Shown in pieces: positions 1 to 4,708 of a DNA stretch of 4,708 bases (positions are counted from its first letter, which is position 1; every line of letters begins with the position of its first letter). The notes under the pieces are model-generated. The model was not told the DNA's origin, searched no databases, and saw nothing but the letters and a program-made list of their open reading frames with translations. The position numbers and the translations under genes were made by a program. The DNA is taken from the IMG/VR virus record IMGVR_UViG_3300000292_000114; one strand, 5' to 3'. This DNA is from a virus (Duplodnaviria > Heunggongvirae > Uroviricota > Caudoviricetes).

Positions 1-87
1 CGTGCGCCACTGATCGCCCACTTCCTTCAGTTCATGGGCTGGTTTGTTCCGCAGCTCCACCAGCGCCTGGCAATATTTATTACTCAT
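1..87 (-). CDS. 5' fragment (29 codons; gene continues past the window start) of a putative phage Dam-family N6-adenine DNA methyltransferase (YfdM-like)
   Basis: ATG at 87-85 overlaps the upstream TAA stop (TAATG). My reverse-complement translation is MSNKYCQALVELRNKPAHELKEVGDQWRT, open to the window edge. The D-x-W-x-T(P) N-terminal motif is as I recall it for phage Dam methyltransferases. Gene order O-like / PerC-like / methyltransferase resembles CPS-53 yfdO-yfdN-yfdM. Partial, so not in the ORF track. Confidence 0.4.
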   Translation of the reverse strand, partial: MSNKYCQALVELRNKPAHELKEVGDQWRT

Positions 88-575
88 TAAGCCCCCACGT
101 AATTCCCTGACAGATACCACTCTTCACCCGATGCAGCGCGCTTGCTGCTTTTCCGTAAGCACCGCTCACGACGCGCCAGAAAATTGTTTCGTTCTGGCTG
201 GGAGTGGCTTTCACGGAATGCCGCCATCCACACGGTTGCAGCACGACGGTATAAACCCCTGGACTCCAGTTCTTCAGCCTGGCGGGTCAGGCACAAAATC
301 ACCCGTGGATCGTTAGTGCCGACATAGAAATTGCGCACAGGTCTGGTTTCTCGAACTGGTTGTGGTTCCGGTTCCTGCGCTCTCTCAGTCAGGCGCGGGA
401 AATGTCTGCGTGTATCTCCTTCACAACGGTGAGCCACACGCCCACTCTGACGTAACTTGCTTGCTGACTGCAGAACGCGCTGTCGTGAGTAACCTGCAAA
501 AGCATCCGCAATGTCACCGGAAGTACACCCCGGATGGGCTTCAATGAATTTCTGAACGTCATTTAACAGACTCAT
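87..575 (-). CDS. PerC-family (YfdN-like) putative transcriptional regulator, about 162 aa
   Basis: Part of track ORF 87..809(-). First ATG after the N-run is at 575 (MSLLNDVQKF...). C-terminal half carries a PerC/Pch-like motif (AEELESRGLYRRAATVW...RRERCL). Stop TAA at 89-87. True start is uncertain because Ns at 583-719 lie immediately upstream. Confidence 0.55.
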   Translation of the reverse strand: MSLLNDVQKFIEAHPGCTSGDIADAFAGYSRQRVLQSASKLRQSGRVAHRCEGDTRRHFPRLTERAQEPEPQPVRETRPVRNFYVGTNDPRVILCLTRQAEELESRGLYRRAATVWMAAFRESHSQPERNNFLARRERCLRKSSKRAASGEEWYLSGNYVGA

Positions 576-742
576 GATCACCNNNNNNNNNNNNNNNNNN
601 NNNNNNNNNNNNNNNNNNNNNNNNNNNNNNNNNNNNNNNNNNNNNNNNNNNNNNNNNNNNNNNNNNNNNNNNNNNNNNNNNNNNNNNNNNNNNNNNNNNN
701 NNNNNNNNNNNNNNNNNNNCTCGCGTTTTTCGGTGTACGTAC

Positions 743-1660
743 TTACGGACGGCGATAAGCGCAGGGAAAGCTCATCCCATTTTTCCCGCAGCTTCGACGG
801 GCTGAGCACGTTACGGCACCAGAACGGATCGCGGCTGACGCGGCTNNNNNNNNNNNNNNNNNNNNNNNNNNNNNNNNNNNNNNNNNNNNNNNNNNNNNNN
901 NNNNNNNNNNNNNNNNNNNNNNNNNNNNNNNNNNNNNNNNNNNNNNNNNNNNNNNNNNNNNNNNNNNNNNNNNNNNNNNNNNGGCTGTCCAGTTCGGTTC
1001 TTTGGGACGAACCACCTCGCCGTCACATTCGGCAGCCTGCTCGTACAGGGCGATGATTTTTTTCCAGAGCCACTGTGCGCAGGTCAAATCATCCTGCGTT
1101 CCCCACTGGCGCTTTTTAGGGCTGAATACAACAGCATCAGGATGGCGAGTTAAAAACTCCTGTTCAGCCGTCTGCGTGTCCGGTTGCGAAGCGTCCGGAC
1201 GAGAAGTTTTTTTATCTGACGGATCATGTTTTGATTTTACTGACGGATCCCCGCCAGATTCTGACGGGTGAAAACCCGCTTTTTTGCCAGATTTCGACGC
1301 ATCAAATTTTGACGGGGCAGATTTTGATGCGTCAGATTTTGACGGGTCAGAATCTGACAGTTGAGAAAATGCCGCTGCCTGAAGCTTCGCAACGTTAAGC
1401 TGATAAACATTCGACGCATTGCGGTTACCCTGGCGACGCGCCTTACGCGTTAACCAGCCTTCTGCTTCCAGCCGTGCGATAGCCGTTCTGACGGTACTCA
1501 TCCCCGCGCCAATCTGGCGGGCAATGGTTTCAATTGATGGCCAGCACACACCTTCGTCATTACTGAAATCAGCCAGGCGGGCCATAATTGCCACGCTGGA
1601 TAACTTCATGCCTGACGCAGCGCAACCATCCCATACATAGCCGGTTAATTTAGTGCTCAT
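743..1660 (-). CDS. Phage replication initiator, lambda O-like (N-terminal winged HTH, low-complexity linker encoded by iterons, C-terminal DnaT-like region)
   Basis: Track ORF 743..1660(-), 305 aa, interrupted by Ns 846-982. GAGG Shine-Dalgarno 6 nt upstream of ATG at 1660. N-terminus MSTKLTGYVWDGC...IARQIGAGMSTVRTAIARLEAEGWL is HTH-like. Central SDPSKSDASKSAPSKFDASKS repeats coincide with the DNA iterons. Position after cro/cII-like genes fits a replication gene. Confidence 0.7.
   Translation of the reverse strand: MSTKLTGYVWDGCAASGMKLSSVAIMARLADFSNDEGVCWPSIETIARQIGAGMSTVRTAIARLEAEGWLTRKARRQGNRNASNVYQLNVAKLQAAAFSQLSDSDPSKSDASKSAPSKFDASKSGKKAGFHPSESGGDPSVKSKHDPSDKKTSRPDASQPDTQTAEQEFLTRHPDAVVFSPKKRQWGTQDDLTCAQWLWKKIIALYEQAAECDGEVVRPKEPNWTAXXXXXXXXXXXXXXXXXXXXXXXXXXXXXXXXXXXXXXXXXXXXXXAASAAIRSGAVTCSARRSCGKNGMSFPCAYRRP
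1211..1363. repeat. Iteron array (candidate phage origin of replication) embedded in the O-like gene
   Basis: Eight copies of an approximately 15-bp unit with core GATTYTGACGG: 1211-1225, 1232-1249, 1256-1270, then five contiguous 15-bp units at 1289-1363 (AGATTTCGACGCATC, AAATTTTGACGGGGC, AGATTTTGATGCGTC, AGATTTTGACGGGTC, AGAATCTGACAGTTG). T7 run at 1208-1214 adjacent. Confidence 0.6.
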
Positions 1661-1669
1661 GACCGACCT

Positions 1670-2005
1670 CTATTTCCCTGAATTTACGACGAAACTGTTC
1701 GAGCGGACNNNNNNNNNNCTCATAGCCTTCGCGGAGGTAGATAACCCGTTGTGTTTCCGGTTCCCAACGAATGACTCTGACGGGCACTCCGTAGTGATCT
1801 TTGAACCAGCGGTTAACTTGTCGCAAAGGACTGTCTCCTTCTGCCGGTTGAAATCACCCACAGCCCACTCTGCAAAGCTGTGGGTTACAATTTCCCTGTC
1901 ACCTGGTACATTCACTGCATAGCAATACTCCACCTTCGCTTTTCCACCCGGTACAGGAAGCGCAATCAGTTGCGAGCGACGGTAGTGTGTTGTTAAACTG
2001 TTCAT
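1670..2005 (-). CDS. Hypothetical early-operon protein (YmfM-like by position and size), 111 aa
   Basis: Track ORF 1670..2005(-). Its ATG (2005-2003) overlaps the upstream gene stop (ATGA, translational coupling). Stop TAG at 1672-1670 sits 9 nt before the O-like start. Contains 10 masked nt (1709-1718). No recognisable motif. Confidence 0.45.
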   Translation of the reverse strand: MNSLTTHYRRSQLIALPVPGGKAKVEYCYAVNVPGDREIVTHSFAEWAVGDFNRQKETVLCDKLTAGSKITTECPSESFVGNRKHNGLSTSAKAMXXXXVRSNSFVVNSGK

Positions 2006-2565
2006 GCGTTAGTTTCTCCACAGTCACGACACGCCACGGCGCCCGGAGCTGCACACTCGCGGGCGTCACTACTTTCTGAAACGCAAAAGATTTTGTAGAC
2101 CAGTGCTGCATGCTCCTGCAGCTTCGAAATTGAGAGGTACAGCTCATCGTTAATTGCTGTCTTCTCATGCGGTTCCACTACACCGTCTTCAATTGCTGAA
2201 CGAATCTGTTTTGAATAACTGCCGATCTGTTCAATGACCTCCAGCAGGCGTTGGTTGATATCGGCGTTGTCCACATCCTCGACGTCAGGAAGAGACACAA
2301 AGACGCCATTTGCAGACTGCGCCACAGCATCAGCAATGAAGTGAGTGCCACCAGCACGCTGTAAAACCATTGCCCATCCCAGCGGGAAAATCTGATCGCC
2401 ATCTGCACGAAGGCGGTTGAATAAAGCGTTTTCTGTTACATCGAGCCAGTCAGCCGCTTCAGCGTAACCACCCGGCAACGCCGCGATCGTTTTTCTGACA
2501 GCTTTCACGTACCACTCAGGCTGTTTTTCTATTTTCCAGTGATGCTTACCCACGATTAGCCTCAT
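2002..2565 (-). CDS. CII-like / YdaT-family prophage regulatory protein (YmfL-like), 187 aa, with C-terminal Cys cluster
   Basis: Track ORF 2002..2565(-). HTH-like segment [23 protein letters not shown]...[13 protein letters not shown] is reminiscent of lambda CII. C-terminus has C-x9-C-x7-C-x2-C ([28 protein letters not shown]). Sits immediately downstream of the cro-like gene. Confidence 0.55.
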   Translation of the reverse strand: MRLIVGKHHWKIEKQPEWYVKAVRKTIAALPGGYAEAADWLDVTENALFNRLRADGDQIFPLGWAMVLQRAGGTHFIADAVAQSANGVFVSLPDVEDVDNADINQRLLEVIEQIGSYSKQIRSAIEDGVVEPHEKTAINDELYLSISKLQEHAALVYKIFCVSESSDARECAAPGAVACRDCGETNA

Positions 2566-2596
2566 CGTTCTGTGGTTAAAAATTGAAAGTGTTCTG

Positions 2597-2797
2597 CTAA
2601 TCTTTCGGATAGATATCCGGTCTTAAGTCAGATTTCGTAATTGCACCTGACGTGCATTGCTCAAGTTTTTTAGCCAGCACAAAACTGGCTTTTTTATAGC
2701 CATTGAAAACCAGCCGTAAGTAGCCAGGTGTTGAGCCAACTTTTCCGGCCAACTCGCCCTGCTGTTCTTTGGTTAAAGAGTCCCAATACGCTTTCAT
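2597..2797 (-). CDS. Cro-like HTH regulator (YdaS family), 66 aa
   Basis: Internal ATG at 2797-2795 of track ORF 2597..3100(-), with GGAGG 8 nt upstream. The longer track ORF would run through the operator region and the cI start. Protein MKAYWDSLTKEQQGELAGKVGSTPGYLRLVFNGYKKASFVLAKKLEQCTSGAITKSDLRPDIYPKD ends in the DLRPD motif I associate with YdaS/Cro-like proteins. Divergent from the repressor gene. Confidence 0.65.
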   Translation of the reverse strand: MKAYWDSLTKEQQGELAGKVGSTPGYLRLVFNGYKKASFVLAKKLEQCTSGAITKSDLRPDIYPKD

Positions 2798-2887
2798 ACA
2801 ATGTGTACCTCCGGTGTACATATTACATGATTGAAATGAACCTTCAAGATACTTGTACCTTAACGGTACAAGGGTTTTAATTTCGTT
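2798..2887. promoter_or_regulatory. Divergent immunity switch: two inverted-repeat operators plus candidate PR (minus) and PRM (plus) promoters
   Basis: Operator B 2852-2872 is CTTGTACC-ttaac-GGTACAAG (perfect 8-N5-8 inverted repeat). Operator A 2802-2820 is TGTGTACC-tccgg-TGTACA (imperfect copy). Candidate PR on minus strand: -35 TTGAAG (rc of 2842-2847), 16-nt spacer, -10 TAATAT (rc of 2820-2825). Candidate PRM on plus strand: -35 TTGTAC 2853-2858, 17-nt spacer, -10 TTTAAT 2876-2881, start near the cI ATG at 2888. Confidence 0.5.
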
Positions 2888-3636
2888 ATGAAAACAATCC
2901 ATGACATCCGGCGGTCTAACGCCAGAAAACTGAGAGATGGTGTTGGCGGGAATTCTTCCTTTGCCACTATGATTGATCGCGAGCCAACCCAGACCAGCAG
3001 GTTTATGGGAGATGGTGCTACTAAAAATATCGGTGACAGCATGGCACGACACATCGAAAAATGTTTCGACCTGCCTGTCGGATGGCTCGATCAAGAACAC
3101 CAGACAACGAACATCACAAAAAAACCTGATGTTTCAATCACTAATAAACAAATCACATTAGTCCCTGTCATATCATGGGTACAGGCCGGAGCATGGAAAG
3201 AAGTTGGATATTCTGAGGTTGATTTGAGCACAGCAGAAACGTATCCCTGCCCTGTACCCTGTGGGGAAATGNNNNNNNNNNNNNNNNNNNNNNNNNNNNN
3301 NNNNNNNNNNNNNNNNNNNNNNNNNNNNNNNNNNNNNNNNNNNNNNNNNNNNNCTTGCGGGTGATAGGTGATTCAATGATTGATGAGTACCGCCCGGGAG
3401 ACATGATTTTTGTCGATCCTGAAGTACCTGCCTGCCACGGTGACGACGTTATTGCATTGATGCACGATACAGGTGAAACCACCTTCAAAAGGTTGATAGA
3501 AGATGGGACACAGCGTTATCTCAAAGCGTTAAACCCAAACTGGCCTGAGCCTTACATTAAGATCAACGGTAATTGCTCTATAATTGGTACTGTGATTTTC
3601 TCAGGAAAACCAAGAAGATACAAAATCAAAGCCTAA
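2888..3636 (+). CDS. cI-like prophage repressor, LexA/S24 peptidase family (two segments 2888-3271 and 3355-3636 separated by an 82-nt N-run)
   Basis: Track ORFs 2888..3364(+) and 3355..3636(+). N-terminal part has ...VISWVQAGAWKEV (Ala-Gly autocleavage-like motif, compare lambda cI HVQAGMF). C-terminal part has VIGDSMIDEYRPGDMIFVDPE (Ser nucleophile) and TFKRL (Lys). The two parts are in different frames if the Ns are length-preserving (span 749 nt, not a multiple of 3). Confidence 0.65.
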
Positions 3637-3648
3637 TCAATGTTTATG

Positions 3649-3671
3649 AACCTGCTTCGGCAGGTTTTTTT
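3649..3671 (+). terminator. Rho-independent terminator downstream of the repressor gene
   Basis: 7-bp stem AACCTGC (3649-3655) / GCAGGTT (3660-3666) with UUCG tetraloop (3656-3659), followed by a T7 run (3665-3671). Lies 13 nt after the TAA stop at 3634-3636. Confidence 0.6.
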
Positions 3672-3788
3672 ATACTTGATAATATACCTTTGAGATACAT
3701 AATGTACCCAAGAGAAACAACAAACAGGCAGGACGCCCACGAAGTAGCCGCCTGGGGCATATGAAGTCCAGGATGATTCGTTAGCAAC

Positions 3789-3811
3789 AAAAAAGCGCCC
3801 TATAGGACGCT
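3789..3811 (-). terminator. Candidate rho-independent terminator for the convergent DUF1311-like gene
   Basis: On the minus strand: stem AGCGUCC / GGGCGCU (one G-U wobble) with UAUA loop, followed by UUUUUUG (plus-strand A-run 3789-3794). Lies about 27 nt after the minus-strand stop at 3841-3839. Confidence 0.45.
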
Positions 3812-3838
3812 TCGCTCTTTAACAATCTGGATGACTTA

Positions 3839-4351
3839 TTACTCAGATTTGAACTTTGGTTCTGGCAAAAGAGGAGGAGTTGAGTCCTCGAATCGTAGCC
3901 AGTGCTCCCAGATATCGTGGGATTGTAATTCCAGAAGACCAATTTGACGTGATGCAACTGCAGTGCCAGCTATAGTTCCTCCTGCATAATCAACCTGGAC
4001 GGACTTTGACGCTTTCTCAATTAATTCTGTCCAAGCTTCACTTTCCGCGTTAAAAGAAGCAGTTAATTCCTGCAGACGCTGTGGATCATCCTTGTTGTCT
4101 TGTTTCAAACGATTCAGGGCGGCCACCGAATACTTATTCTTAACCCAACTAACCTGAGCTAACTGAACTCTCTGACAAGCGTCCATATCAGTAGTTGTTT
4201 CCTGAGGCATATCAAAGCAGGAAATAAAAAAAGTCTCAACACCATCATTTAGACTACTGCTCGGCTGGTTCAAAGCATCAGAAGCATTGGATGCTATCGG
4301 TATTATCAGTGCTACCGACAGAATCAAACGTTTAACATAAATCGCTCCCAT
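3839..4351 (-). CDS. Secreted (Sec signal peptide) DUF1311 / LprI-like protein, putative periplasmic lysozyme-inhibitor-type accessory (moron) gene, 170 aa
   Basis: Track ORF 3839..4351(-). AGAGGGGA Shine-Dalgarno 7 nt upstream of ATG at 4351. N-terminus MGAIYVKRLILSVALIIPIASNA|SDA has the n/h/c regions of a signal-peptidase-I substrate with no lipobox Cys. Mature part has a Cys pair (C46, C60) and YAGGTIAGT...RQIGLLEL, which I recall as DUF1311-like. Hand-counted 60-nt blocks give about 40-47% GC, lower than neighbours. Confidence 0.55.
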   Translation of the reverse strand: MGAIYVKRLILSVALIIPIASNASDALNQPSSSLNDGVETFFISCFDMPQETTTDMDACQRVQLAQVSWVKNKYSVAALNRLKQDNKDDPQRLQELTASFNAESEAWTELIEKASKSVQVDYAGGTIAGTAVASRQIGLLELQSHDIWEHWLRFEDSTPPLLPEPKFKSE

Positions 4352-4635
4352 TTAATTATCCCCTCTAAGAACAGAGTCATCCAGATTAGCCGAATCCTTG
4401 TTGTTGGGGAATAACCAGGCCCACCTCGCCTGATGTGGCTAAAAGCAGGCACATAACAGCTAAGTATTTTCAACCAGAGAGAATCCTTAGCGTTGTGGTG
4501 AATGCGGCTCAGCGCACGCGGGTTAAGGTTGAGGCTGACAGTCGACCTTCTGTGGATACCCACCCGCCTGGTGTGCAACCTTCGCCAGGCACCGGGAGGC
4601 ACCCGGCACCACAACTTTATGCTGTGTGTAGTCCT

Positions 4636-4682
4636 GGCGGTACCAGCTTGTACCCTTGCTTCCGGCTGGTACCGCTCTTTTT
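4636..4682 (+). other. Perfect 11-bp inverted repeat GCGGTACCAGC-N17-GCTGGTACCGC followed by TCTTTTT (terminator-like hairpin or protein-binding palindrome)
   Basis: Arms at 4636-4646 and 4664-4674 are exact reverse complements. T-run at 4678-4682. The loop contains CTTGTACC, the same half-site as the immunity operators. Confidence 0.35.
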
Positions 4683-4708
4683 ACAAAACAGAGAAGAGCA
4701 TCACCGGA

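Noticed and set aside
44-547. Plus-strand ORFs 44..316, 142..327 and 362..547
   Set aside because: They lie entirely antisense to the better-supported minus-strand YfdN-like gene, have no RBS or motifs, and are typical shadow ORFs.
583-982. Two masked runs of identical length (137 nt each)
   Set aside because: There is no information in Ns; the identical length may simply reflect the masking procedure. Only the consequences for the neighbouring gene models are noted.
574-1056. ORFs 574..1056(+) and 811..1026(-), consisting largely of X
   Set aside because: These are artefacts of reading through the N-masked runs; they are mostly undetermined residues.
1211-1363. CRISPR array
   Set aside because: The repeats are 15 bp, tandem without unique spacers, and lie inside a replication gene; this is iteron architecture, not CRISPR.
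1002-1922. ORFs 1002..1271(+), 1237..1419(-), 1419..1640(+), 1653..1922(+)
   Set aside because: They overlap the O-like and downstream genes on the opposite strand or in an alternative frame. The 1237..1419 product is just an iteron read in another frame (repetitive RQNL/TRQNL).
1899-2408. ORFs 1899..2168(-) and 2178..2408(-)
   Set aside because: These are alternative frames inside the YdaT-like gene; the longer in-frame ORF with coupling to its neighbours is preferred.
2597-3100. Full 167-aa version of the minus-strand ORF 2597..3100
   Set aside because: The N-terminal extension would run across the operator/promoter region and the repressor gene start. The internal ATG at 2797 has a perfect GGAGG and yields a typical 66-aa Cro-like protein.
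2860-3488. ORFs 2860..3054(-), 2973..3161(+), 3168..3488(-), 3173..3376(-)
   Set aside because: They are antisense to or out of frame with the cI-like repressor gene, partly made of masked Ns, with no supporting signals.
3573-3764. ORF 3573..3764(+), 63 aa
   Set aside because: It starts inside the repressor 3' end and reads across the rho-independent terminator; implausible as a gene.
4324-4614. ORF 4324..4614(-), 96 aa, TTG start
   Set aside because: Highly Arg-rich translation of GC-rich DNA, TTG start without RBS, overlaps the DUF1311-like gene start; more likely non-coding.
1900-4660. Additional TGTACC/GGTACA operator half-sites (for example near 1903, 1949, 3178, 3253, 3704, 4648)
   Set aside because: An isolated 6-mer is expected several times by chance in 4.7 kb. 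Only the paired inverted repeats at 2802-2820 and 2852-2872 are treated as operators; the copy inside the 4636-4674 palindrome is noted in the findings but not asserted as a site.
4390-4708. Plus-strand frame open to the window edge (no ATG; GTG candidates at 4435-4437, 4495-4497 and 4498-4500)
   Set aside because: The product is Pro/Gly-rich low complexity, has no RBS, and reads through the strong palindrome; it cannot be excluded without sequence beyond 4708.
4380-4708. tRNA, tmRNA or attachment-site core at the right end
   Set aside because: No T-loop-like GTTCGAnTC element or cloverleaf is recognisable on either strand, and no similarity to the E. coli ssrA or rnpB sequences I can recall.

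Overview
This window reads as the immunity and early-right region of an e14/Rac-like lambdoid prophage in an E. coli-like Enterobacteriaceae genome. A cI-like S24 repressor on the + strand (2888-3636) faces a divergent minus-strand early operon: Cro/YdaS-like HTH (2797-2597), CII/YdaT-like regulator (2565-2002), a small hypothetical (2005-1670), an O-like replication initiator carrying an iteron array (1660-743), a YfdN-like PerC-family protein (575-87) and the first 29 codons of a Dam-like methyltransferase (87-1). Right of the repressor lie a terminator, a convergent AT-richer gene for a signal-peptide-bearing DUF1311/LprI-like protein (4351-3839), and a GC-rich structured non-coding stretch (4380-4708) with a perfect 11-bp inverted repeat. 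The most interesting candidate is that secreted DUF1311-like moron with its structured upstream region. Four N-masked runs (583-719, 846-982, 1709-1718, 3272-3353) interrupt several genes and limit certainty. No rRNA, tRNA or CRISPR array was found. All functional calls rest on motif recognition from memory, not on database searches.
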